The position numbers were made by a program, and so were the translations under genes. From Octopus vulgaris (lineage: Eukaryota): a DNA stretch of 64,000 bases. The DNA is taken from positions 87,048,001-87,112,000 of the forward strand of contig OX597818.1 in NCBI GenBank assembly GCA_951406725.2, read 5' to 3'. Of this stretch, positions 1 through 13,296 are shown in pieces. The notes under the pieces are model-generated. The model was not told where the DNA came from, did not search any database, and worked only from the letters and a program-made list of their open reading frames with translations. The stretch's first letter is position 1, and each line of letters begins with the position of its first letter.

Positions 1-169
1 TGTATGTATGTATGTATGTATTATAGGTGTGGCATGTTTGTGTACTAAGAAGTTTGCTTCCTGAGCACAGGGTTCTGGGTTCAGTCCCACTGCAGGGCAC
101 TTTGTGCAAGTGATTCCTTTATAGCTATAGGCTGACCAAAGACCTGTGTGTGGACAGAAACTGAAAGAA

Positions 170-580
170 GGCGGCGAGCTGGCAGAAATGTTAGCACACC
201 GGGTGAAATACTTAGCGGCATTTCGTCTGCCATTACGTTCTGAGTTCAAATTCCGCTGAGGTTGACTTTGCCTTTCATCCTTTCGGGGTCAATTAAATAA
301 GTACTAGTTATGCACTGGAGTCGATATAATCGACTTAATCCGTTTGCCTGTCCTTGTTTATCCCCTCTATGTTTAGCCCCTTGTGGGCAATAAAGAAATA
401 AGAAACATTAGCATGCTGGACGAAATGCTTATATTCTGAGTTCAAATTCCGCCAAGGTCGACTTTGCCTTTCATCCTTTCGAGGTTGGTAACTTAAGTAC
501 CTGTTGCATACGGGGGTTGATCTAATCAGCTGGCCCCCTCCCCCCAAATTTTGGGCCTTGTGCCTAGAGTAGAAAAGATT
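170..580 (+). mobile_element. tRNA-derived SINE family A (full copy plus tandem partial copy)
   Basis: Head ggcggcgagctggcagaa, B box GAGTTCAAATTCC and central gactttgcctttcatcctttcggggtcgataaa(t)aagtaccag, which from memory resembles the Meta-SINE domain. At least 15 full or partial copies occur in the window. Confidence 0.85.
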
Positions 581-2034
581 ATTAACATACACTGTTTCAA
601 CACACAAATTAACATAAAGAGTCTTGCAAACCAGATACAAAAACTGTCACCTTGTATTCCGGAAAATACAATGTGTGTGTGTGTGTGTGACTTGGATGTG
701 TTTCTTTGCCTTTCATCCTTTCAGGGTCAATAAATTAAGTGCCAGTTATGCATTGGTGTCGATGTATTCGACTTAATCCCTTTGTCTGTCCTTGATTGTC
801 CCCTCTATGTTTAGCCCCCTGTGGGCAATAAATAAATAAGAAACTGAAAGAAGCCTATCATACTGGTGTCATGTAAAAAGTACTGGTAATGGTGCTGCAT
901 AAAAATGATGACATTGGAGCTTGATGCAGCCTTGCAGCTCACCGAATCTTGTCAACTAGTACACTTTACAGAGTGTACTAGGCTGTTTCTTGATGCCACT
1001 GGTGTTTGTGAAGTTCCCATGTAAATTTGCAAGCTAGAAAAGGAACAGGGGGAAAAAAAGAAAAAGCTCTGAGGGGAGAACAAAGGTGAAGGTGGGTGGC
1101 TTTGTGTCAGGTTTTGAAAGGTTAACGTATGATGGAGTGACAAGCATAGGTGTCTTGCTGTCAAGAGGATACATGGCTGAATATATATATATGAATGTAT
1201 ACCTTAAAAAGTCAGGAGATCTGAGAGGTCATCATCATCATTTAACATTCACCTTCCATGCTGACATGGGTCAGACAGTTTGACAGGAACTGGCCATGCA
1301 GATGACTGCACCAGACTTCTGTCTGTTTTTTGCATGGCTTTTACAGCTGGATGCCCTTCCTAACACCAAAACAGCAACCACCCAGCAAATTTATGTGGCA
1401 TGAGTACAGGCGAGGTCTGTTTTGGCATGGTTTTTACTGCTGGAAGTCCTTCCAAATGCCAACCACTTCATAGTGTGGACTGGATGCCTTTTACGCGGCA
1501 CCAGAACTGGCACGGCCACCGAGTCACTTGCAAGACAAAGATCCTTTGAGAGGGGAGGGGGAATTGGAAGAGGTGATCTTGTATCAGAGAGACAGAAACA
1601 AGTATCTTGCTGTAGAGGGTGTACATGGTCACTCAGCCAGAGAAAGAGAGAGTGAGTGATCAAGAATGAGGACAAAATCAGGTGAATATATTTATTTAGC
1701 CACTTGTCATTGTTAGGATTACAGCTGTTTCGCAGCCTTCATCATGTAATAATAATTTCAATGCATAAGAAATTATGTTTGCGTGTCTGTACTAATATGC
1801 ATACTATGCATTATTATACCTGTACAATTGTATATTCACAAATCAATGCAGATGAAGCTAGCTAGCTTATAAGATTACATCAGTGATTGAACTGCATGGA
1901 ACTCTATATTGGATTACTATGTGATCTGGTCTGTTAGCCAAGGCCACTGAAAGAGCTTTCTATGCAATTCTATGAATTCTTATGTTACACTACAGATTTA
2001 TATATATATATATATATATATATCTGTGTATATC

Positions 2035-2290
2035 ATCATCATTTAACGTTCGCTTTCCATGCTAGCATGGGTTGAACAATTTGACTGAGGTCTGGCGAAC
2101 CAGATAGCTGCACCAGACTCCAATCTGATCTGGCAGAGTTTCTACAGCTGGATGTCCTTCCTAACGCCAACCACTCCAAGAGTGTAGTGGGTGCTTTTAC
2201 ATGCCACCAGCACGAGGGCCAGTCAGGCAGTACTGGCAACAGCCACGCTAGGAGCCAGTTCAGCACCACTGGCAACGACCTCGCTCAAAT
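2035..2290 (-). mobile_element. RTE LINE 3' UTR tail fragment
   Basis: Reverse complement of 17335-17513 with (CAT)n. Similar tails lie at about 1230-1370, 11435-11758 and 20850-20990 on -, and 5900-6110, 8540-8720, 17990-18185 and 56975-57160 on +. Confidence 0.85.
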
Positions 2291-3109
2291 GTTTTTTCAC
2301 ACACATGCACACACACATACATGATGATGTTTTATTGGAAACACCTCTGCATGGTTTCCATTTACCGAATTCTGCTCACAAGGTATTGGTGAATCTAAGT
2401 CTACAGTAAAGAGACAGACACACCTCCTGAAAAGTTCTTCCTAGTACCATCAAAACTTAGGACCATGTGGCCTGCAAAATATAACTTCTAAACTACACGG
2501 CCATGCTTACCTCTCCTCTCCACCTTGTGAACTTTCAATCAAAATGTTTCAATGTGTTAACAACTACGTAAACTTTTCATTAACATTGGTTGGTTAATCC
2601 AGTTAACTTATTAAAATATGGCTAATCCCTAAACTGTCACCAACTTTCTGTCCCTATTACCATATCTGTTTACGTTTATAATGAAAAAGAAAGAAAAAAG
2701 AGCTCCATTTATCTTCTTCGTATTTTCTCAAACTAAAATGCAAACGCATGATTTTAATAAATGCTTTTGTTAGAGGAGTGCTCATCCTAAATTTCTCATT
2801 TTATTCTTTCCCTCTCCTCCTCCCTCGCTCTGTTGTATTGTCCTCCAGTTGTGTTGTTCACGTTGTTGTTGTTAGGTTAAATGTTTCCCTTTATCTTTTC
2901 AAAATAGCTTTTAATATTAATGTTCATAGTTTAATGTTACCAGATTTCTCTTATATAACTCTTACAATTAGTTACACCTTCTCTGTGTGTGCGTATGTGT
3001 GTGTGCGTGCGCGCATGCGTATATATGCTCATATAAAGTTTTAGAATCGTAAGCTTGAGTTGAACTCAAGATGGTAATGAGCTGAACTAGATTAGAGAGT
3101 GACTGAGCA

Positions 3110-3158
3110 AGGTAGATATAGGTAGATTGAAAGAGAGTGAGATGGATGGAGTGATAGG

Positions 3159-3197
<39 letters not shown>

Positions 3198-3226
3198 GTA
3201 GATAGATAGATAGGTAGGTAGGTAGG

Positions 3227-3264
<38 letters not shown>

Positions 3265-3460
3265 TAGGTAGATAGATATAGGTAGGTAGGTAGATAGATA
3301 GATAGATAGATAGATAGATATAGGTAGATAGATAGAGAAGACAATTAGAGATAGATTGGTAGAGAGATTGTGATAGGTAGATAGATAGAGAAGAAGACAA
3401 TTAGAGATAGATTGGTAGAGAGATTGTGATAGGTAGATCAATAGATAGATGGATAGATAG
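3110..3460. repeat. (GATA)n/(GGTA)n tetranucleotide microsatellite with a small duplication
   Basis: Direct inspection. Confidence 0.9.
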
Positions 3461-4082
3461 CATTTGTTCATAGACTACAAATTTCAATTCACCAGGCCTC
3501 TCCTTTAAGCAGTGACTGCCCCTAACACTGAATAATATAGTCCTAGACACAATTAGATGTGGGAAAAAATAAAATGATATAATCAATATAGTCATAAATG
3601 GAATGTCTTTGATCTTGAATTTATCTTCTCAATCAAGTCTTGGTTGATGCTAAACAACAACAGTGACCTTGTGCCTATATGTGAATAAGAGCCTATTACA
3701 CTTTGAAAAACTGTTGAAGGGGTTGTTTCCCTTTATCAAAGTAGCTCTCTTCATCAGAGAGCTGTTTGCAACTCTTCTCTTCTCTCCTCCTCACCATTAT
3801 CTTCATTCACGGAATCAGGAGCAAGCCCCGGTAAGAAAATAGGTTGTTCAAAGATCAGTCAGAACTACTGGCTACAGTCTTTTTGGTTAATGTAGAAAAT
3901 GTTAATTCTCTAATGATAACTAAACTATATATATACATATATGCTATGTTGTACATGGAATATATTTCTTTAAAAAAAAAAGAAAAAACACAATTTCCAA
4001 TATTCATTTTTTTTTCTTGTTGGTGTGGGTGTTATATTTCTGCAAATTCTTACATTGATCTGAATTGTTAGGGGTTTTTGTC

Positions 4083-4312
4083 TTTACTTGTTTCAGTTAT
4101 TATTGGACTGTGGTCATACTGAAGTGCTTGCTTTGAAGGCTTTTAGTCAAAGAAATAGACCTCAGTACTTATTTGTAAAACCTGACACTTACTGTGTCAG
4201 TTTCTTTTGCTGAACTGCTAAGGTACAGGGATGTAAACACACCAACACCGGTTGTCAAGCAGTGGAGGCAGTGGCAAACACTGACACAAGCACACATACA
4301 TACTCTCACACA

Positions 4313-4347
<35 letters not shown>

Positions 4348-4510
4348 ATGATGGATTTCCACACAGTTTCTGTCTACCAAATTCACTTACAAGGCACTGA
4401 TTGGCCCAGGGCTATAGTAGAAGACACCTGCCCAAGATGTTGCACTGTGAGACTGAACCCACAACCATGTGGTTACAAAGCAAATTTCTAAACCACATAG
4501 CCATACCTGT
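4083..4510 (-). mobile_element. SINE family B, antisense
   Basis: Reverse complement of the family B consensus. Confidence 0.75.
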
Positions 4511-5389
4511 ATTCCACCACCACCACCACCACCTTCATTTCTGCAGCTGGACGTCTAGCATAGCATCACCTATTTAGTTTCCCTTTTTTAATCTAGAATT
4601 AATGCAAATACTTTCAAGTTATGTCCACTTATCAGCAGGTTTGTTTTCTTCATCAAATTGTCTTAGATTTTCGAATATTTATTGAGAATATTAAGTTTTA
4701 AGTAAAACATTTCAACAAAAATGATATTGTTTTTAGATACGGTTCATGGTTATGTGGTCAAGATGTTTGCTTCACAGCTACCTGGTTTCAGGTTCAGTCC
4801 TACTGTGTGGCACTTTGGGCAAATGTCTTCTTCTATAACCCTGGGCCAACCACAAAGCCTTGTGAGTGGATGTGGAAAATGGAAATTGAAAGAAACCTGT
4901 TGTGTGTGTTTGAGTGTGTATTGGCAATGGTGGCAGAATTAATTCATATCTGAGTAGTTTAATCTGTAGCAAGTGAATTAGCCTTTTCATCCTGATGGGT
5001 GTGAAGGGTGTCGGTGCCTGGGGTGGCTGTTCAGGACTAGGGCAGTATAGAAGAGCCAGGGACATCGCAGAGGAGGGTCTGCAGGTGTGGGGGGGGGAGT
5101 TTGAGTTGCACTTTAGTGTGTGTGTATCATGTATGCATGTGTGTGTGTGTGCATGGGTGGTTTGAGTCTTGTACGTAAGTGGTAAATGAGCGTCCCTGTC
5201 ATAGAAGCAGTGTCCTTCATTTCCGATCTTCTGTGGAAATATGTACAGTCATGAGAAATATTACCTTACTGGGAAAGTTTGGTGACTGGAAGGGCATCCA
5301 TCTGTAGAAAATCAAACTGTGTGGTACTGACTGTTCTCTGATCCCGGCCGATGCACCATATCTATAGGCATAGGAGTAGCTGTGTGGTA

Positions 5390-5755
5390 AGTAGCTTGCT
5401 TACCAACCATATGGTCCTAGTTTCAGTCCCACTGTGTGGCATCTTGGGGTAAATGTTTTCTACGATAGCCTCGGGCCAACCAAAGCTTCATGAGTGGATT
5501 TAGTAGACGGAAACTGAAAGAAGCCTGTCGTATATATGTATATGTTTGTATGTCTGTGATTGTTTCCTCAACATCACTTTATAACCGATGCTGGTGTGTT
5601 TACGTCCCTGTAACTTAGCAGTTCAGCAAAAGAGACCGATAGAATAAGTACTAAGGTTTACAAAGAATAAGTCCTGGGGTTGATTTGCTCGACTAAAGGT
5701 GGTGCTCCAGCATGGCCACAGTCAAATAACTGAAACGAGTAAAAGAGTAAAAGTA
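5390..5755 (+). mobile_element. tRNA-derived CORE-like SINE family B
   Basis: Head ggag(t)ggctgtgtggtaagtagcttg...gttcagtccc, CORE-like ggcaccttgggcaagtgtcttc, an internal (TA/TG)n tract and tail gactgaaacaagtaaaagagtaaaag. Confidence 0.85.
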
Positions 5756-5865
5756 TAGAAAGTAAGATAAGGCTTTTTAAGCTAATTTATTGGTTGGTTT
5801 CAAAATGGTTCTTATGAAACGAGAGATCCTACACCTGCTAGAAAGAGCAGTCAAATCTTCCTTAA

Positions 5866-6300
5866 CCCTTTAGTATTTAAACCAGGATACTACATCCTAT
5901 GTGGTGCCATGTAAAAGCACCTGTGTGGCATCACATGAAAAGCATCAAGCACACTCTGTAAAGTGGTTGGCACTTGGAAGGGTATTCAATCATAGAAACC
6001 ATGCCAAATCAGACTGGAGTCTGGTGCAGCTCCCCAGCTTGCCAGCTCTGGTCAAACTGTCCAACCCATGCCAGCATGGACAATGGATGGTAAGTGACGA
6101 TGATGATGATCTGGCCCCAAATTTTCTGTTTCATATCAAAACTGGTCAGATCCTGCCTCTCACACATACCTTACAATGTGATTGAAAACACAAACAATCA
6201 GATCATTGAAATCTCAAAGCCATGAGATAATGTATAATTAATTAAATCAATGTGGATGAATATGTGTTACATTTGACAGAATAATCTGAATGCTAAAGGG
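5866..6300. mobile_element. piggyBac-type MITE interrupted by an RTE tail
   Basis: TTAA-CCCTTTAG(C/T)ATT ... AATGCTAAAGGG terminal inverted repeats, with an RTE 3' tail inserted at about 5900-6110. Confidence 0.7.
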
Positions 6301-6987
6301 TGGAACCACCTCCTTGAATTACATTGAATTATCATGGCGAAGACATTGGATAACAAAGAGGGACCCTTTGCCTACTAGAAACAGCAGTCAAATCTTCCTC
6401 AAATCACAGTCTCAAGATATATTTTTATAAAATAATGAAGACATTTCCTTCCAGATAAACATGGTTTAAATTTTTTCTAAAATCAAAATCAGAAGAGCTA
6501 AGACTGTAAAGACTTTAATCATAGTTTGGCATGGTCAGGATTGACCTGGGGCTAAACAACAACAAACTACAACAAAGATGCTGTAGCTGGTTCAAGCTCT
6601 GAACTGAGCTACTGTCTATGTTTTTAGCTGCCAGATGGCAGTCAACTTAGCTTTTTATCTTTTTGGGGATGAATAACAAAGTACCAGTCCAAGGTGGTGA
6701 AGCGATGGAACTGTAAGAATTTCAAACTGGGTTGCTTGCAGTATTTGTTCTAGATTTTTGTGTTCTGAGTTCAAATCTCAGCATGACCTATTTGAGTGGT
6801 AGATTTAATCCATTACTGGCTTAACATCACTGTCTTGTTCCTTGAGTTTCTTTAGCAAAGTCTAGTCTTTTTCAGGCTTTAAGGTAAGGCTTCCAATTTG
6901 AGGTTACCTTCTTGTCTATCTCTTGCCTGTCTTGGAGGCCCTACCTTGGTATGACTTTTTCTCTTAAAAGGTATATAATATATATAT

Positions 6988-7330
6988 CATCATCATCATC
7001 GTTTAATGTCTGCTTTCCATGCTAGCATGGGTTGGACGATTTGACTGAGGACTGGCGAACCAGATGGCTGTACCAGACTCCAATCTTGATCTGGCAGAGT
7101 TTCTACAGCTGGATGCCCTTCCTAACACCATCCACTCCGAGAGTGTAGTGGGTGCTTTTATGTGCCACCGGCACAAGGGCCAGTCAGGTGGTACTGGCAA
7201 CGGCCACGCCCAAATGGTGTTTTTTTTTTTTACGTGCCACCTGCACACTGGCACAAGTGCCAGTAAGGCGACACTGGTAATGATCACTCTCGAAAGGTGC
7301 TTTTTATGTGCCACCGGCACGGATGCCAGT
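6988..7330 (-). mobile_element. RTE LINE 3' UTR tail fragment
   Basis: Reverse complement of the RTE 3' UTR, including degenerate units of about 60 nt. Confidence 0.85.
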
Positions 7331-8072
7331 TAATATATATATATATATATATAAAACAAGTGGTTGCACTTCACCTGCACAACTAACCACTCTCAACACT
7401 GAAGGAGCCTTGACATAGTCACTTGATATGACAAAAATAGTAGTCAAATTGCTCTCAAATCACATGCTATCTTGACACGTAAACTGAATGTCACATTGAA
7501 AATATGGTCCAATGTATTCAAGTAGGTAATGTGAGAATTAAACAGGCAGCGAGCTTATTGTTAAACAATGGGAGAGAAATTATTTAGAAGAGTATATGAT
7601 TAAATGAAATTTGCGTGGGTTTCTTGGTCACAGTTACCACAACTTCCACCACAAGCAGTAAAGACCATGAATTGTATTTCATTGTGGAAATGGAGAAGAG
7701 ATTGGCCAGATAGATGATGTAGAGCAGGAGACCCAGATGCTACACAAGTGGTAATGAAGACCATTTTAGAGTTTTATGCTCAGAAGAGGGGGAAAGAGAG
7801 ATGAGGAGCAGCAGAGACAGTGAGAACAAGTTGGCCAGCCTGCCCAGAGGTGCTGACCATGACTGTAGTTTGTTGCATCTATTTCCCAAGCACCACCAGT
7901 CATAGCTCAAAAGGTAACCAAAATGGAATTGAGATTCGTTAGTTCTTTACCTGCTCCAGGGATAAATGGGAGAGTGCAATAGGAAACAAAGACATTGCAT
8001 CCATGGCTTAACCAGCTAGATGCTCCAAACAGCACTTAAACTGCATCGTGTTGCAGCTATAGGACGGATCAT

Positions 8073-8320
8073 GGAGGTGTGTGGCTTAGTGGTTAGAGTG
8101 TCAGCATCATGATCATAAGGTTGTGGTTTCAATTCCTGGACCAGGCAACGCGTTGTGTTATTGAGCAAAACACTTCATTTCACGTTGCTCCAGTCCACTC
8201 ACCTTTCAAAAAATGAGTAACCCTGTGACAGACCGGTGTCCCGTCCAGGTGGGGAATTTCTATGCCACTGAAACCGGGAAACCGGCCCTTGTGAGCCTGG
8301 CATGGCTCGAGAAGGAACAA
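8073..8320 (+). mobile_element. tRNA-derived SINE with a V-SINE-like central domain
   Basis: A box tggcttagtggttag and B-box-like ggtttcaattcc. The segment aaccctgtgacagaccggtgtcccgtccagg...gaaaccgg resembles the V domain from memory. A related copy lies at about 38517-38710. Confidence 0.6.
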
Positions 8321-9149
8321 TAGGAATGATATGTTGCATGTAGAAGGGTAGGACACTACTGGGCATGGTAAACCAAGTTAAAGACGAGGTAAAAGAAAAA
8401 GATGCGTCCAGTCTAAAAACTAGCAGGCTACTGAAAATTCCATACGGAAGGACGCCAGTTTGTGTTGAAAGTTAAGGTTTCCGTAGTGGTTGGAATTTGT
8501 AGCAAGAATATTGTGCTAGCAACATGTGTAAAAAAAACACTTGTGCCTGTGTCAAATAAGAAGCATGCAGCACACACTGTAAAGTGGTTGGCATTAGGAA
8601 GGGTATCCAACCATAGAAACCATGCCAAAACAGAAACAAATGGAGCTTGGACAGCTCTGTCCAACCCATGTTAGCATGGAAAACAGATGTTTGATAATGA
8701 TGATGATGCCAATGATGATAATGATGATGATGAATAATGCTGAATGTACTGAACAAGAATGTTGTACTGATTGCATAGTAGATGGATGAACATTGCATTG
8801 AACATCAGAGTCAGTCAGGTAAAGAGATTTTACTCAGAGTATGTGGAAGACTTTGAGATTTGACTGGAAAAGATGCTGAAAAATATGCAAGTTTGAAGAA
8901 TTTGGTTTGCAGAAGGTCTTCCGATCAAAAGTTGATTGAAGCTATTGGCTGGGACACTCATATTTGTTTTGTATGCTAAATCTTCCTGCTTTTTACATTC
9001 TGAGTTCAAATCCCACTGAAGTCGACTTTGACTTACATCCTTTTGAGGTCGATAAAATAAGTACCAGTTGAATACTGGGGTCAATGTAATTGACTCATCC
9101 CCTTCTCCAAGAAGCAGCCCTTGTGGAAAAATTTGAAAGCATTATTATT

Positions 9150-9660
9150 ATTGAGTGTGAGAGCAGCACATGCCACCCAAGTGGCACTGAGGTACAAATA
9201 TACGAAGCCCAGTATACCCATCATGACTATCTATCTGTCTAGGGTACACCAGGTACATGCATCACAACCATGTCCTTGACCTGGTAACCTCATATCAAGA
9301 TAAACAGGGCATGGCCTTGCAAGTGGAGCCCAGTTAGAACTTTCTTTAGATCAAGTTGCCTGTCCTGTTCAAAAGGGTTGTTTAAGGATGATGACTGAAA
9401 CACCCATGTTTCCAAGGGTGAATTATTTAAATCCCAATGAATCTCTCCCCGACTACTCTTGCTTGTGATCAGACATGCACATATCGTCATCCACTAAGGG
9501 ACATGCTCAATCTCAACTGGTTATGGTCAAACAACTGACAAGCAAATCTGTGGTATTTGCTATAGCCCAACTTTTACACCAAGACAAAAACATGCACATG
9601 TTATCAATAACAATCAGTGAAGGTCAGAAGCCATGAGAACTATTGCCTTGTATTGCATCA
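9150..9660 (-). mobile_element. Second copy of the unclassified repeat at 55868-56330
   Basis: Shared blocks such as aaatatacgaagccca.tatacccatcatgac and ggttatggtcaaacaactgacaagcaaatctgtggtatt. Confidence 0.6.
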
Positions 9661-9954
9661 GCCATTGTCTTGTATTGCATCATCATCATCATCATTGTTG
9701 TTATTATTATTATTAGGGTGGTGAGCTGTTATTATTAGAGTGGCGAGCTGATAGAATCGTGGCCAGGCAAAATACTTAGTAGTACTTCGTCTGTTGCTAC
9801 AGAGTTCAAATTCCGCTGAGATCAACTTTGCCTTTCATCCTTTTGAGTCAAGAAATTAAGTACCAGTGAAACACTGAGATTGATGTAATCGACTTATCCC
9901 GGCCCCACAAAATTGCTGCCCTTGTGGCAAAATTTCAAACCATCATCATCATCA

Positions 9955-10001
<47 letters not shown>

Positions 10002-10831
10002 TCCAGTTGTTTCTTAGAAAATTTTATTCCCAAATGAATAAATCTTACTATGGAATATATTAGAGAGACAGCGAGTGAGAGAGAGAGAGGGGGGGAAGAG
10101 TGGAAGAGGTGAGGAGTACTGATTTCTTAACACCTGCACATCATAAAAGAAACATTAATAACAATAACAACCGCTGATAATTGCCTCTTTACATTCACAT
10201 ACACACACACACCCACACACAAGCTAAAACGAGGAAACCTCTATGTAGTCGCTTGCCTCGCTAGAAATAACAGCCAAATCTACCCTCAAATCTTACCTTA
10301 CCACCTCACAAAAGGAACTTGTTGGACATTGTGATCCTTGCTCCCTTGAACATAGGTGCAGGGGTTGAGGTGGAACAAAAAGCAAAATAGACACGATGGT
10401 CATGGCTGGAATGCCTTTCATTATAGAACTTCTCAGCCAACATTAACCTGGGTCTAAATGAGAACAACAAAAACAACAACAGCACAAACATAGGTATTTG
10501 AGGAGTGTGTATAAAGCTATGGTTGCTTAAAGTTACTAGAGCACTTTAATTGGAGATGCGTTTATAATCGCCTTTATTCATTTATAGTCACACACCTGTG
10601 TTTTGTTGTGTATGTATATATGTGTATAATGGGTGTAGAATTGCATATATTATCAGATCAGGGTGGATATCTGTGTGTGTATTATATATGCTTATGATAA
10701 TTCATTGGCACACCTAGGAGAACAAAATTTCTTTTAAATGTTTTTGTTTAGGTAACCAGTTTTCTCAGAATTCATGTGTGTGTGGATATACATGTGTGAG
10801 GTGTATATAGATATATATAAATGTATTTGTG

Positions 10832-10862
<31 letters not shown>

Positions 10863-10984
10863 TTAGCAGCAGCAGTGGTATTAAACATCCATTTTCCATG
10901 CTGGCGTGGGTTGGTCGGTTTGACAAGAACTGGCAAGGCCAAGGGTCACACCTTATATAGATGTGTGTGTGCGTGAGTATACTC

Positions 10985-11372
10985 TCTTTTTTCTCTTTTA
11001 TTTGTTTCAGTCATTTGACTGCGGCCATGCTGGAGCACCACCTTTAGTCGAATCAAATCGACCACAGGACTTATTCTTTGTAAGCCTAGTAGTTATTCTA
11101 TCGGTCTCTTTTGCCGAACCGCTAAGTTACGGGGACTGAACGTTGGCTGTCAAGTGATGTTAGAAGTGGGGGGGTTAAACACAGATACACAACATATACA
11201 CACACATACACATATATATGATGGACTTCTTTCAGTTTCCATCTACCAAATCTACTCACAAGGCTTTGGTCGGCCTGAGGCTATAGTAGAAGACACTTGC
11301 CCAAGGTGCCATGCAGTGGGACTGAACCCGAAACCTTGTGGTTGGTAAGCAAGCTACTTACCACACAGCCAC
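10985..11372 (-). mobile_element. SINE family B, antisense
   Basis: Near full-length reverse-complement copy. Confidence 0.85.
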
Positions 11373-11757
11373 ATAAGTTACACACACACACACACACACA
11401 CATATAATATATATAATACACATGTATATATATCGTCATCATCATCATTGTTTAACATCCACTTTCCACACTGGCATGGGCTGGACAGTTTGACTGAGGA
11501 TTGGCAAGCCAGCAGGCTGCACCAGGCTCCAGTCTGATCTGGCAAAGTTTCTACAGCTGAATGCCCTTCCTAACACCAACCACTTTAAGTGCTTTTTGTG
11601 TGCCACCGACATGGGGGCCAGTCAAGCAGCACTGGCATTGACCACGTTCACATGGTGCTTTTTACATACCACCGGCATGTCGGGAGTAATGGCATTGACC
11701 ACATTCGGATGGTGCTTTTTACGTGCCACCAGCACAGGTGCCAGTTGAGTCACTGGC

Positions 11758-11789
<32 letters not shown>

Positions 11790-12225
11790 TGTGTGTGGTA
11801 AAAAGTGTCTGAACCACATGACTCTAGGTTCAGACCCATTGTATGGTGCTTTGACCTAGTGTCTTCTGTCTTGTGAGTGAATTTGGTAAATGGAACCAGT
11901 GTGACAAGAGCTAGTCATGTATGGGTGTCTTTGTGTCTGTGTTTGTCCTCTCCACCTCTAACCCTAACCCTTAATCCCCTTGTATATATAGAAAAATTAT
12001 GAGTTTGAGCTTATGCAACTGTCAGGGATAAATGGATCCGTAGGCACTACTGGTGTATTACCTAACTATGTATAGGCCTTGCTATAAGGTTAGCAGTAGT
12101 TGATAATTTAAATGGTAAACCATGGTTTAATATATTCAGATAAGAGGAGAAATGGAGCAACAATTAACGATTAGAAGGTGTTCATTGATATTGAATGGTC
12201 ATAGTTTAATTATAGTTTAAAATAG

Positions 12226-12305
12226 CATTTACAGCTGTTTCAGTTTGTTATTTTTGAGACAAACTTGCGTTTATCTCGTTCCATGTGACAAACATCATCA
12301 GAATG
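12226..12305 (-). ncRNA. Penelope-type type I hammerhead ribozyme motif with an extended stem II
   Basis: Minus strand reads CATT-CTGATGA-T-GTTTGT...ACAAAC-T-GAAAC-AGCT-GT-A-AATG. Stem III is the palindrome ACAGCTGT and the cleavage triplet is GUA. Stem II carries a 9-bp hairpin GAGATAAAC-GCAA-GTTTGTCTC with a GNRA loop. Confidence 0.7.
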
Positions 12306-13116
12306 ATTTGAACTTTATCAGAGGAATACAGGAGAACTAAAGTTGACATTGGATTTGAGCAGACTTGAAACTGAGAATTCTATGAAGTTTAGAAGAAGGA
12401 AATTTTCTTTGCGGTGCTTAGAATGGATAACGCTGATGTTTATGTGAAGAGATTTTGTTTATGTAAAAATAAACAGCAATAGGTTTATATATACACAAAC
12501 AGCCTGTTAGTGATTTTTGAATTAATAAAATTCTTCTAACAATGCCAAAAGCATCACATTGATAAAATTCCTGGGCAGTCTCTGCACGCATTGCTTTTCC
12601 TTTCTATCTTTGATTTGTGTTTATAATGTATCCAATTTAATTAAATTTAATGTTTATAAATGAAATATCTTCACAAAATTTCCTCTGTAAAAACACACAA
12701 TCAAACCATACAATCATATACTATTTTTAGTGCCACCCTGATAAATTTTATTTGTCTATGGTTTTCAAAGGAATGTGAAGTCAAAACAACTTCAACATAA
12801 TAAATTCTTCTGTAAATTTGCTCCACCTAAAACACAATAATACGTAATTTTAGAAAACTTGGGCGATCAGGAGTTTTGGTCCTTCTTTCTCTTCCACATC
12901 AGCTCATTCTAGGTCAACCGACCATGTATGTGCCTAGTATTCCTTGTACTTCAAGCTGGTTGTTTTTCGTGCTCTGTCACCTGACCAGATGTATTCACAA
13001 CTGTCATCAGTAAAGCATATAATTTTAGCATTAAAATATGCAGTTCTCTCTCTGTCTCCATATGTATGTTTGTCTATTTATCTATCTGTATGTTTGTAAA
13101 TATATGTGTATATATG

Positions 13117-13169
<53 letters not shown>

Positions 13170-13187
13170 ATTTATTACCAAAGGTTT

Positions 13188-13253
<66 letters not shown>

Positions 13254-13296
13254 TGTATAAGTAAATGTGTGTATACATCTGTCTATATATATATCT

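Noticed and set aside
11957-11973. Interstitial telomeric repeat (CCCTAA)
   Set aside because: Only about two units, which is expected by chance.
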